DNA from: a virus
Lineage: Duplodnaviria; Caudoviricetes
Strand: one strand, 5' to 3'
Virus record (IMG/VR): IMGVR_UViG_3300006921_000023
Location: 1 to 52,236 of that record
Length of the DNA: 52,236 nt
The notes beneath the pieces are model-generated. The model was not told where the DNA came from and did no database searches. It saw nothing but the letters and a program-made list of their open reading frames with translations. Each line of letters starts with the position of its first letter. The first letter of the stretch is position 1. Of the stretch, positions 32,701 to 41,563 are shown piece after piece. A program made the position numbers and the translations under genes.

Positions 32701-33089
32701 TTTTCTAGCCTAAGAGTTCCTATTTGAGATGACCAACTAGATAATCCATTTTCTCCCATTGCATTTTGTACTAGATTTATTCCAAACTGATCTTCTCCTG
32801 GTGTTACTATTTCAATATCTACATTCTGACTGGTAGTACTACCAAACTCGTTCGTTGCAACAAAATAATAAGTTCCAGAATCATCAGATGTCGGTTTCTC
32901 TACCGTGTATGATAATCCAGTAGATAATGATGATCCATCTTTGTACCAAGTAACTATAATTTCACCACCTTCTGGGTTGATATTATTTTCCCCTATAACT
33001 CCACAATCTATAGTGAATGGGTACCCAGCCAATACTCTTCGAGTATCCTGTTGTATAACTGCAGTATTGCTATTGTCTGTATTAGCCAT
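29733..33089 (-). CDS. Virion protein with N-terminal Ig-like domain and probable galactose-binding/FBA-like domain (1118 aa)
   Basis: FTIDC...VTWYKDG...DDSGTYYFVATNEFGSTTS is an I-set Ig signature, followed by NLVQN..GENGLSSW...IPPGTRRVRV. Confidence 0.6.
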   Translation of the reverse strand: MANTDNSNTAVIQQDTRRVLAGYPFTIDCGVIGENNINPEGGEIIVTWYKDGSSLSTGLSYTVEKPTSDDSGTYYFVATNEFGSTTSQNVDIEIVTPGEDQFGINLVQNAMGENGLSSWSSQIGTLRLEKFWAKSGDRSWLGAGSRFPAGGRIDPMYRQRDGLAFFTAEDYAYRMMSGRGDNKQITIIEPNPGGVLTTAYQDVFITEPDTIDIIDRKIEGVFDVEAKCFAWLAQCRSTKVWFKDGHYSGGFRSENDYKLNGDDNDYVETKRDVHDESKIRYEFYDINDELVKDFEMDSFRPTQRSNAAVIGYRSISIPPGTRRVRVHMMFRRAQREWEWTSRRTGTFAKQYLCGIHAVNLRLFINKDGLKFPSTKFNPDDIIDSSYDDWLEDQIYKAEKERRRCNDLIEDVGNIEIKNKITSTYKHPSQTGVRYKGLVHLAQWCRHELHRARILSTYAPRPFPGKDGSVYSNIGRVTNVSAGSKRPNSGHINNMNGTSMLFDYLHKMNAPSMSIIRKSVHIIGKGIPYFRPNEAANAMNFLSQINYFYHRDDIISMIETTWKEKNPGVLPWWEIRWKQIVEKYHADQDSYAGGGELRWYSQTKALVSCIMGETYDGSCWTHQMPTRVLIAFALATYDTGTMASDSFTVPGVFKSLFYRPGKGLHSFFSYPNNYNAYGFNNYTCHWHNYWLTWDNVFKTKTDDGPNWCVYNKGSYAHVHWISRSYLAEFMSKLDDFGESRIYDKTIQMSVREIWDSVYDPDFSHKIYKDSVRMYTPPCSLGVKRWVKPNPDDEDTWSTMDPDPNEETHLIDRLEDISESKQGNFTYSMINQGNYKIGYHYPCEIMDNNPVSLYTGGNSAIYRPIDDGVAKIVWPLRSGTKWYKHRDIMYDMNRYTVMDFTLDEMVEKIDEIPGLKNFFECTRKPIIFHEDISMRSAPFEGEVTGNFGYNEADRQNTWHGYYSHYKQMQDTLELDTEGHARNGDTFAELGSSHFENHKGLSVPEFYKGSVLSGATDGMPQDAPFRYQGANPTKCLTKYDNEDGLTSFSINKNNNLGNTSANSSARTDKLLRTYAMAFARRYLLTLRIKYLNEQLQEALDWVDTQGDEYGYDQTNTATQDD

Positions 33090-33094
33090 GTAAA

Positions 33095-33904
33095 TTAGTC
33101 CTCGAAATCAATTTTTGCGTTCGGTTGGTTTGTTATAACTGGAGCTCTCCCCTTCATGCCAAATCGCTTTGAAGTTGGAGCTAGTTGTCTCATATTTGAA
33201 TTTGGATCTGATAAAACGGTTTTAGCTAAGTTCATAGAAACTAAATCTGTAATGTGAATATATTTTTTATCACCAGTATCTTTTAATACGACTGCTTCTG
33301 GCAGCGTTTCAGATAGGTCGGCTACTTGTGCTAGAAATATTCCCTGCTCCTCTGCTTGTTCCCTTTCATATCTATTCTTTGGAATAGGAGCTATGCTAGG
33401 ATCTGGCTCTGATGTGTCTAGGAATGTTGGTCCTCTTAAATCAGCTCTCAGTATTTCCTTTAGAGGTTCTAATATTTTATTCGGTCGCAATCCTTTATTT
33501 TTTGGTCTGCCACGTTGAGTTCTACCGTAAAACGATTGTCCTATCACTACATCGTTTAATCTACCAAATTGCTGTTTACGTTTTTGACTGTAGTCAGGTT
33601 CTCTTACCCATCTGAAGTATGGTCCTACATAGGTTTGTGATACGTCTGTTGGTTGTAGATCATCATTCCTCTTTATGAAGAATTCTCCTCCTTCGGTATG
33701 AAATACATTTATATATCCCTCCGTGAACCATGGATCTGTTTCTGAGACTGGTTTATATTTATAATCTTCTTCTGGTTCGTAGTCGTTCCATCCCCAACTT
33801 GCATTATTAGATGTTGAGTTAGAATAAGCTTTAACCATGGATACTTGAGATCCAAAGCTATCTTTACCCTCTACTACAGCATTATCATTTCCATATTTTG
33901 GCAT
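33095..33904 (-). CDS. Hypothetical protein (269 aa)
   Basis: ORF in a tightly packed operon; no recognised family. Confidence 0.55.
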   Translation of the reverse strand: MPKYGNDNAVVEGKDSFGSQVSMVKAYSNSTSNNASWGWNDYEPEEDYKYKPVSETDPWFTEGYINVFHTEGGEFFIKRNDDLQPTDVSQTYVGPYFRWVREPDYSQKRKQQFGRLNDVVIGQSFYGRTQRGRPKNKGLRPNKILEPLKEILRADLRGPTFLDTSEPDPSIAPIPKNRYEREQAEEQGIFLAQVADLSETLPEAVVLKDTGDKKYIHITDLVSMNLAKTVLSDPNSNMRQLAPTSKRFGMKGRAPVITNQPNAKIDFED

Positions 33905-33908
33905 ATTA

Positions 33909-35069
33909 TTATCTCACTATCTTAAACGCAAAGTCTTCATCGAAGTATTGTTTTCTAGTTCCTCTATCGATTCTGAATACAAATTTGTAATATCTTTCTG
34001 GTTGTAGTCCATCCATCCAAAAATCGAAATAATTTCCAGTCGAATCACAACTAATTTTAGTATATGTTGTATCAAAATCTATAACATACTCCTCCGTGTG
34101 CATGTCTTTTATTCCCCAATATGATGTAGTTGGTAAATATTTAGTTGTAGAATAATCAGATGATGTCGCATATGTTTTAGTTGGATATCGTTCTCTACCC
34201 GAAACTCGAATACGCTCTCTCGAATCTTTCTTATACTCCCCTCTATTATTCTTTGGATATACTAAGATGTCATCATCTGTTAATTCTGTTAGCGTTCCTG
34301 GAGTATGAATAGAGTCGTCCCATTTTACTTCTAACTTTGGAGCGTATATAGTGTGGGTATCTAAACTAAAGTATTTATGAGACCCAAACCTGCCACTATT
34401 CGTTTCATTCGTATCAGTTCTTTTTGTGATCCACCCATCATTAAGTATTGTACCGTCTAAATGAGCTCCTACTCCATTAGTAATATTTAAGGAGAGATCT
34501 CCAGATGTAGTTGAAAGGTCTTGCGATCCTAAATAAGCTGAGTTTGAATGCCATGTACCACCACCTGAATTAGTTGCCCAATTGTTAGTATGCGTACCAT
34601 CTTTCAATGTACCCCACGTTTGACTGGTTGCTAGATTTGAGTGCGTCCACGACGCACCTTGCTCTGCTATTGCTACTCCCGCTTCATTTAGATTTTTATC
34701 TCTACCCAATCCTTCTGTCCAAGACCTTCCTCCACTCATACTTAGTGGAAGCATATTTACCGTTTCCGTATCGGTTATTGCATTTTCTTGAGATACATGA
34801 AATTTCATAAAAGCGGAAGCTGAGGTAGCAGATCCTGTGTTGAATGTCGGAATTGTTCCATCTACTATCGAAGCTGATAGATCTGTGTAATTGAATTCGG
34901 TTAAAATTCTAGTATTAAATGTCTGACTAAAGATAGCTCCGGAATCGTCACGTCTCGTAGATCCAGATGTAATTTTAGTAAGCTCAATTATCTCATCCTT
35001 ACCAGTATTCTTACTAGTGTTCTCTTCATATATAGTAGTATCCTTTATTGGAAAGTAAAAGTAAATCAT
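33909..35069 (-). CDS. Virion structural protein, possibly DNRLRE/CBM96-like N-terminal domain
   Basis: KDTTIYE..SKNTGKDEIIEL...RILTEF...PKLEVKW pattern; AGGAG RBS. Confidence 0.5.
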   Translation of the reverse strand: MIYFYFPIKDTTIYEENTSKNTGKDEIIELTKITSGSTRRDDSGAIFSQTFNTRILTEFNYTDLSASIVDGTIPTFNTGSATSASAFMKFHVSQENAITDTETVNMLPLSMSGGRSWTEGLGRDKNLNEAGVAIAEQGASWTHSNLATSQTWGTLKDGTHTNNWATNSGGGTWHSNSAYLGSQDLSTTSGDLSLNITNGVGAHLDGTILNDGWITKRTDTNETNSGRFGSHKYFSLDTHTIYAPKLEVKWDDSIHTPGTLTELTDDDILVYPKNNRGEYKKDSRERIRVSGRERYPTKTYATSSDYSTTKYLPTTSYWGIKDMHTEEYVIDFDTTYTKISCDSTGNYFDFWMDGLQPERYYKFVFRIDRGTRKQYFDEDFAFKIVR

Positions 35070-35081
35070 TTTATATATCTC

Positions 35082-36959
35082 CTAGTAAGTCGCTAGTCTA
35101 CCCACGATATCTTGATCTGGATATTTGATTTCAAATACAGATGGATCCATTGATGGGTATATTACTTTGTTTATAGTTGCTCCTTCGATATCATAAGCGT
35201 GACCAGAGTAATCTCCACCCACCTTATTTACAATACCAACATTTGTAACGGATTGGACACCTTCAATGGCAGATAATACGGAGTATACTTCACTCACTAA
35301 TATTGGCTCATTGAACTGTACTCTATCAGTTGCATATTTTTCCTTCAATGCTGATATTCCTTTTAGTAGCATCTCATTAGCATTGTAGCTTGGAATTACT
35401 ATTATTTCAAAGTTTATTCCAAAGTTTATCACGTAACCATCTTTTATATTTATTGCATCCGTCATCAATCTATATTGAGATAGATACTGTTTTATGTTTT
35501 GTTTAGTAGCTTCTCCGGTTGCAACTAATTTTTTACTCTTATCATAACTTAATGTATATAAGTTCAATGCTAAAGGATTCGATTCCTCTTCACTTGTATA
35601 AGCATTAAGTTGATAGTCTTGAACTATGTAAGCTTTTGCAATACTACCATATCTAGGTGGCATTGAGTATAGCCTTCCTATATAGTCTTCACGTGTAACC
35701 GCTCTATTCTGAGATCCGTAATTAGCTAATGCGTTTTGTCTGATTTCTTCTGTGGTTTCAAACGATCGTCCTCCTTGTCCTGGATCTGGATTATTAACTG
35801 CAACTGAATTTTTTGCAGATGTTATTGCTGTTGAGGATAGGTCTTGCATTGCAACCGCATTCTCGTTGTAAGATATTGCTTGGAGTTTTGTTATTTCATT
35901 TGCTGAAACATTCGCTTGTATTCCATCTCCTACTATATATGTTATTGTCAGTGATGTGTTCGCGGGAGCTTCTCCATATGCTTTAGTGTACATAAAATTG
36001 CTAGGATCAAATCCTGCGTCGAGTGATGTTCTACCATCCTTAGTTTGTAAACCTATATTGTCAGGATTTGGTATTAACTCTTCATCTGCCTGAGTTGATA
36101 TCCCTGCTCCGAATTGGAGTTCGATTAGATTACCTGAAGTTATTTTTGTTGTGAATCGTTTTGGTACTCTTTTTAATTTTAGCAGATATGGAGATTCATC
36201 ACTATATTGTTTCAATCGATCATCGTTAGATGCATCGTTTCTAATATCTTCGAATACTACATCTTGTGCAAGATATGGAACTTCCGTCCATTCATATCCG
36301 TTAGAGTCAACTACTTTAGTTATCCTTACCACATTATTATCCGGTAATCTGACCTTGAAGAATTGAGTGGGACTTCCTACAGTCGTTGTATAACTTTTTT
36401 GCTTACCTGATGTTGCAAACACTTTCTTCTTGAGTAGATATTGAGTTGGTTTGTTTGTAGACTCGTCTGTAGTATATACAGAGACTTCCGTCGGATTCAG
36501 CGAACTTGATGCTGCAAAATCAACTTGATCGTTAGAGCTAAATTCTATAGATCCAGCTTTTGATTTAGCAACGAATCCTTCTTTTATATTCAACGCATAT
36601 CTGAAGTCAGGCTCTGAGTCGGATCCTCTTGCTGGGACTAGTTGGAATACTGTTAACTCTGTGACAGCTGGTACGGATGGTTTAGGTTTATAACCTAATG
36701 CTTGTGCCATCGCAACTACGTTATTTCTTTGAGTTGCGTGTGATAACATTGTTTCCTTTATCTGATCATCCATGTAGTATGATAGTACATCACCAACATA
36801 AGCCGACATTTCTATTAACATCATACCCAATGAAGCATCACTAAAGTCATTATAAGTTGATGGGAAATATGTCTTAGCGTGTTGAACTAAAGCATCTCTA
36901 AAGCCCGCAAAGTCTTTACTTAAATATCGTATTTCCCTTTTTACATTTGTTGTTGGCAT
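35082..36959 (-). CDS. Baseplate wedge subunit (T4 gp6 / baseplate J-like)
   Basis: KDFAGFRDAL..YFP..DFSDASLGMMLIEMSAYVGDVLSYYMD, ALGYKP, GGRSFETTEEIRQNA, QNRAVTREDY. Confidence 0.88.
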   Translation of the reverse strand: MPTTNVKREIRYLSKDFAGFRDALVQHAKTYFPSTYNDFSDASLGMMLIEMSAYVGDVLSYYMDDQIKETMLSHATQRNNVVAMAQALGYKPKPSVPAVTELTVFQLVPARGSDSEPDFRYALNIKEGFVAKSKAGSIEFSSNDQVDFAASSSLNPTEVSVYTTDESTNKPTQYLLKKKVFATSGKQKSYTTTVGSPTQFFKVRLPDNNVVRITKVVDSNGYEWTEVPYLAQDVVFEDIRNDASNDDRLKQYSDESPYLLKLKRVPKRFTTKITSGNLIELQFGAGISTQADEELIPNPDNIGLQTKDGRTSLDAGFDPSNFMYTKAYGEAPANTSLTITYIVGDGIQANVSANEITKLQAISYNENAVAMQDLSSTAITSAKNSVAVNNPDPGQGGRSFETTEEIRQNALANYGSQNRAVTREDYIGRLYSMPPRYGSIAKAYIVQDYQLNAYTSEEESNPLALNLYTLSYDKSKKLVATGEATKQNIKQYLSQYRLMTDAINIKDGYVINFGINFEIIVIPSYNANEMLLKGISALKEKYATDRVQFNEPILVSEVYSVLSAIEGVQSVTNVGIVNKVGGDYSGHAYDIEGATINKVIYPSMDPSVFEIKYPDQDIVGRLATY

Positions 36960-37555
36960 TAGTATCCTCCTCCTCTAGCAGTTAGATCATTAGCTGCGAG
37001 ATCCATATTTTGTTGTGCAGTTCCTCCACCACCACCTTGGAAGTCTGCTATTGTTAGTGGTATTCCTATTGCAGTTTGATCCGCTCCATTGTTTATGGAG
37101 AAAGCTACTGTCACTGCAACATTAGCTGAGGTGGTGTTGCCTCCATTGTAACGGTCTACCTCTATGTCTAGTATTTTTACGTATGGCATAAATTCAGCTA
37201 CCGCGTCATTTATTGCATCTTGTATTTTTAATATTATCTGTTCATCATTTTGTTCGAATAATATAAACTTTAACATCGATCCGAAATTAGGATTAGACAA
37301 TCTTTCTCCCTTACTAGTGAGTAGTAAGTTTATCATATTATTTCGTACCGCTTCGATTGTTGTATAACTTGCATTAAAACTTGGGCCAGTTTGAGTGGTT
37401 CCAAATGGTAATGTAAATCCAATAGATATATTTGGATCCAAATCAATAGGAGCTATGAATTTGGGAATAAACCCAGCTGCATAGTTAGCTAGTCCAGCTT
37501 GCTCTTGATTTGCTTGCAGCTCTGCTGCCGTTAATGGATCCAAATAATTTGGCAT
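36959..37555 (-). CDS. Baseplate wedge / sheath initiator (T4 gp25 / GPW-like)
   Basis: VRNNMINLLLTSKGERLSNPNFGSMLKFILFE...EFMPYV; adjacent to the gp6-like gene. Confidence 0.88.
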   Translation of the reverse strand: MPNYLDPLTAAELQANQEQAGLANYAAGFIPKFIAPIDLDPNISIGFTLPFGTTQTGPSFNASYTTIEAVRNNMINLLLTSKGERLSNPNFGSMLKFILFEQNDEQIILKIQDAINDAVAEFMPYVKILDIEVDRYNGGNTTSANVAVTVAFSINNGADQTAIGIPLTIADFQGGGGGTAQQNMDLAANDLTARGGGY

Positions 37556-37566
37556 TTATTATACTC

Positions 37567-38079
37567 CTACTTTGCTCGTTTGTTAAATGAAGGTGATTTT
37601 ACCAGCGCTGAATAATCTTTTGTTAACGCGTTAGCTAATGCATCTGGTATATCTCTACCTCTACGATCGTCCGGTATCATTTGTTGTGCTGTTGGCTTAC
37701 CACTTCCAAATGCATCCATTGGATTTGCTGCTCTGAAGTTCTTAGCCATGTCTGATGTATATTCACCCGCACCCATCTGTTTATACTCCTGAGCTTGTTG
37801 AGCTGTTTCATTCAACATATCATTCAACATATCATTTCCTTTTATGAATGTTTGTTTAGTATAACCATCATTAGCCCTAATTTCATTAGGATCTGGTGCA
37901 GACTTTTCATTCATCAAACTAGTTAAAGATGTAGTAGTTTTTTCAACTGCAGGTTTTGAAGATTTTCTGTTCTCCTTAATAATCTGTGCAGCTGCAAGAT
38001 TCACTCGCTTCTTTACGATTTTTTCAATCTCAGGAATTAGTGCTTCCTTTATTGCTTGAATTAGTTCTGATTTTTTCAT
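37567..38079 (-). CDS. Hypothetical protein (170 aa)
   Basis: AGGAG RBS and upstream ATATTTAT motif. Confidence 0.6.
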   Translation of the reverse strand: MKKSELIQAIKEALIPEIEKIVKKRVNLAAAQIIKENRKSSKPAVEKTTTSLTSLMNEKSAPDPNEIRANDGYTKQTFIKGNDMLNDMLNETAQQAQEYKQMGAGEYTSDMAKNFRAANPMDAFGSGKPTAQQMIPDDRRGRDIPDALANALTKDYSALVKSPSFNKRAK

Positions 38080-38096
38080 ATAGTCTCTCCTGTTAT

Positions 38097-38104
38097 ATAA
38101 ATAT
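38097..38104 (-). promoter_or_regulatory. Putative late promoter motif ATATTTAT
   Basis: ATATTTATATAAC directly before the AGGAG RBS of 38079. Confidence 0.6.
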
Positions 38105-38120
38105 ATGTTACATTAAGTTT

Positions 38121-39806
38121 CTAGCTTGGTACACTGCCTAAGTCTCCCGCTGAATTAGCTAAGTCCGATGCTGCGTCCATTCCAGCTGCTGTGGCATCTG
38201 CTACTATGTTTGCCGGATCTGAATAATATGCTATCGCGGCTTGTTGTTCTGCTGCCCAATCTGCATACTCTTGTATCAGTTTCATATATTCTTCTATTTT
38301 CTTTTGATATTCTTTTAATTTTTCTATATGTGCTTCTATTTTTTCCTTTTCCTTTAATATGGGTTTTACTATTTTTTCTTCTAGTTCTTCCTGCTTCTTC
38401 TTTACTAACTTTACTGCTCGTTCTATAGGTTTGATAGGAATTTGATAGGCCATTGCAATCAAGATATCCTTTATAGCATCTAGATCAGCTACCATCGTCA
38501 TAGATTTTATTTTTTGAGCTACGCCTGATGTAAATGGTATCGGAATTGAAGGTGCATTTGGAAATCCCGTTTTTATAGCTCTGTCATAATTGTCAGCTAA
38601 TAAATTTCCTAAACTATCTTGACCGTTCTTTAACCCCATTGCGACTGGTTGAACAAACAAAGATTCCCATTCAATGGTAGCTCCATATCCTGCCCACGGT
38701 ATAGGTGAGAATGGTGGAGTTCCTGTCGGCATTAACCATAGCCCAGTTATTGTTGCTAAATGAGCTTTTATCATAGGAATCAATTGCCTGATGGGTTCAG
38801 CTGGATCAGTTCCCTGCGTTTTGAAATCAAAGAGTGGATTAAAAGTCATTATAGGTGTCCCTGGACTTAGTACCATTATTCCATTGGGAGCTCCAGGACC
38901 CGGATTGATTATTGCCCCAACCCAATATATCGTTACTCCTGCGCTGAACATTTGGTATTTCAACGCTCCTTTAGGATCTGGTATTCCTGCTGCTATATCG
39001 GCTATCTTCTTTTTGACTTTAGCCATCTTTTCTTCTAGTTTCTTTTTCTTTGGCTCAATCTTTTCTTCTAACTGCTTCTTCTTTTTTTCTAAGATAGGTT
39101 TTGTTTTTTCAACAACATACTTCATTGCCTCCTCCTCGGCGTGCTCGATCAGATATTGGATTCTTGCAATTAACTCTTGGATTTCTTCTATCCTTTTCTT
39201 TATATCCTCATACTCCTTTTTAATATTTTCTATTTTTTTCTTCTGAGCTTCTATCTTTTCCTTTTTCTTTTCTATCTCCAACTTTGCTATTAACTTTTCC
39301 TTTTCAGCTTTTAGTTTCTCCTTGGCCTTAGCCTTCATTGCATCAATTTCCTTTTGGAGTTTTTCGGTAAGTTTATCTATCTCAATCTGGAGTAGCCTCA
39401 TTGCCTCTGCATAAAGTATTTCATCTAAATTTTTATACTTCTCATACAAGTCTTTTAACTTTTGAATCTTAGCTTCGATCTTCTCCTTCTTTTCTTTGAT
39501 CTTTTCTATCTTTGCTTTAATCTTTGCAATCTTGCGTTTTAATGGAGGGATTTTTTCTTCGGCTTTGGTTTTCAGAATACCCATAGCACTACGTATAGCA
39601 TCTTGAATTGCCTGCTTTGCTTTAGCTATAAGCTCTTGTTTCTTTTTTTCAATTCCAGCTAATATCTGAGCTTTTTTGATTGCGAGTTTGATTGTTAACT
39701 CTTTGAGCTTTGCCATTGGATTTTCTACCGGTGGTATTGGTGGTCCTGGTAGTCTTGGTGGGGGTCTGAATTGAGGCTTGCCTCCCTCTTTATAGGATAA
39801 TGCCAT
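38121..39806 (-). CDS. Lys/Glu-rich coiled-coil protein with Pro-rich N-terminus and central globular domain (561 aa)
   Basis: Long KE-rich heptads flank a Pro/Gly/Trp-rich core; directly downstream of the spike-like gene. Confidence 0.6.
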   Translation of the reverse strand: MALSYKEGGKPQFRPPPRLPGPPIPPVENPMAKLKELTIKLAIKKAQILAGIEKKKQELIAKAKQAIQDAIRSAMGILKTKAEEKIPPLKRKIAKIKAKIEKIKEKKEKIEAKIQKLKDLYEKYKNLDEILYAEAMRLLQIEIDKLTEKLQKEIDAMKAKAKEKLKAEKEKLIAKLEIEKKKEKIEAQKKKIENIKKEYEDIKKRIEEIQELIARIQYLIEHAEEEAMKYVVEKTKPILEKKKKQLEEKIEPKKKKLEEKMAKVKKKIADIAAGIPDPKGALKYQMFSAGVTIYWVGAIINPGPGAPNGIMVLSPGTPIMTFNPLFDFKTQGTDPAEPIRQLIPMIKAHLATITGLWLMPTGTPPFSPIPWAGYGATIEWESLFVQPVAMGLKNGQDSLGNLLADNYDRAIKTGFPNAPSIPIPFTSGVAQKIKSMTMVADLDAIKDILIAMAYQIPIKPIERAVKLVKKKQEELEEKIVKPILKEKEKIEAHIEKLKEYQKKIEEYMKLIQEYADWAAEQQAAIAYYSDPANIVADATAAGMDAASDLANSAGDLGSVPS

Positions 39807-39809
39807 GTC

Positions 39810-41141
39810 TTACTCCAAGAATACTTTCTTACTTAGAAGTCCGTTGTTTTCCGCATCTATAATTTCACCCTCCATCTTAGCTAGGCCAGCTGGTGGGACT
39901 AGTACGCCAGTTATACCACCTACTAAAACCGTAGATGCATCAAACGCATCTATGATTTCTAATAGAATGTCTCTTAATTTTTCACCTCTTACAGCAGGTT
40001 CAACAGCTTGATCAATTGAATTATCACCTACTCCAGATCCTAAATATATTATATCCGATTCTATTATGCATTGTGGTCCAGCATCTATTGTTATGGATCC
40101 TTTACTAGCTAATGATATTCCTTTTTCACTCCACTGATATATTTCACCTCTCGAGATTGTCATAACTCTATCGGCTCGAATAATACATTGGCTTATATCC
40201 GTTCCCAATGTTCCATGTTCAAACAATTCTCCCATATCCATAGCTGAAGATCTCGGTTCACCCTTTTCATTTAATGGAAATGGTTTTAATTCTTTTAACT
40301 CTGGTATGTATTGACCGTTTGTTAGATATATTGCTGTTGGATCTGTTATCAAGTTATCTACATACCTGTCACTTGTATCTTCTGGTAGGCCATTACGGAT
40401 GATTGTTATTGGTTTTTGATATGGAGGATCTGATTCTAGGTCTGGGACACCTCTCCACGTTTCATTAGCTCCTTCAGATAGGGTTGCTGATAATCGAATC
40501 GTTTGACCGAATCTACCACTCAACATTACATCTCCTTCATGCATGTTCGGAGACATCACCAACGTCTCTTCATTATTATCGTCGTTTAGAATCGCATTTG
40601 GCCGGAAGTCGTTTCCTAATATATTTCTATTTTCTTCATCTTCTGGGGGAGGAGTATCTGTGTTGGCTTCATATTCTGCTGCATCTCCTTTTGTCGCTTG
40701 AACTGTTATAAATTTTTTATTCCAAACATTACTACTAGCATTATGATTGATATCTCCTCTAATTGATAGTGGAGTCATATAAAAGTATTGTAATACTTCC
40801 TTCTCGTCTTGGTCTGGGCGTGTACTTGCTGCAGCTGGTCCTCTGACTATCAAAACATATTCATTCAATGTAGGTATGCTTACGAATAATGTATTTAATG
40901 GCCTAGCATACGATAACATGCTAAGTGGGGTATCAGATGGCTGTCCTGTTATTGGATCTAGTAATCTAAATTGGATTGTGCCAGCTTGATGTTCTTTATT
41001 TGGAGTAGTTATTACTTTACTTACTAACGCTAATTGCAATGCTCCTGACTTACCTCCTGCTCTGTCTTTAGCTGATCTAAAGTCTACCCCATTGACTGAT
41101 GCTGCATCGTTGCTTTCAAATTGACCATAATATCCACTCAT
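39810..41141 (-). CDS. Baseplate central spike / hub protein (gp5 / gpV-like)
   Basis: OB-fold-like ARPLN..IPTLNEYVLIV, EGDVMLSGRFGQTIRL, beta-helix-like repeats, and C-terminal EPAVRGEKL...LLSKKVF. Confidence 0.6.
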   Translation of the reverse strand: MSGYYGQFESNDAASVNGVDFRSAKDRAGGKSGALQLALVSKVITTPNKEHQAGTIQFRLLDPITGQPSDTPLSMLSYARPLNTLFVSIPTLNEYVLIVRGPAAASTRPDQDEKEVLQYFYMTPLSIRGDINHNASSNVWNKKFITVQATKGDAAEYEANTDTPPPEDEENRNILGNDFRPNAILNDDNNEETLVMSPNMHEGDVMLSGRFGQTIRLSATLSEGANETWRGVPDLESDPPYQKPITIIRNGLPEDTSDRYVDNLITDPTAIYLTNGQYIPELKELKPFPLNEKGEPRSSAMDMGELFEHGTLGTDISQCIIRADRVMTISRGEIYQWSEKGISLASKGSITIDAGPQCIIESDIIYLGSGVGDNSIDQAVEPAVRGEKLRDILLEIIDAFDASTVLVGGITGVLVPPAGLAKMEGEIIDAENNGLLSKKVFLE

Positions 41142-41144
41142 AGT

Positions 41145-41519
41145 CTAACTCGCTTTCGTCTTGATAGAATCTACAGCATCTGCTGCTGCGTCTTCCATTT
41201 CATTCATTGTATCTAATAATTGCTGCTTTTCACTATCGGTTAGTATAAGATCACCTCCTGCACTATCTACTCTGGACATTGCTCTTTGAACTACTGCAGC
41301 CATTTTTACTAGATGCTCATCGTTCTTAACTCCCACCTCTAAATATTCTTTAATTAGTGGTACAATAATAGTTGCATCTCCAATATTCTTAACCAACGGC
41401 TTTAACTCGCTGATTAGTATATTGATCTGCTTTTCTTTATTCTTTGTTGTCGTGTATATATCTTTTAGTAAAGATGAAAACGACTTTCCTTTGAATAGTT
41501 CTTGATCTTCAAAATTCAT
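41145..41519 (-). CDS. Hypothetical helical protein (124 aa)
   Basis: GGAG RBS and upstream ATATTTAT motif. Confidence 0.6.
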   Translation of the reverse strand: MNFEDQELFKGKSFSSLLKDIYTTTKNKEKQINILISELKPLVKNIGDATIIVPLIKEYLEVGVKNDEHLVKMAAVVQRAMSRVDSAGGDLILTDSEKQQLLDTMNEMEDAAADAVDSIKTKAS

Positions 41520-41542
41520 GTTGTATACTCCGATTCTTGATA

Positions 41543-41550
41543 ATAAATAT
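41543..41550 (-). promoter_or_regulatory. Putative late promoter motif ATATTTAT
   Basis: CATATTTATTAT, intergenic, ~24 nt upstream of ATG 41519. Confidence 0.6.
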
Positions 41551-41563
41551 GGAGCTGGTTAGA

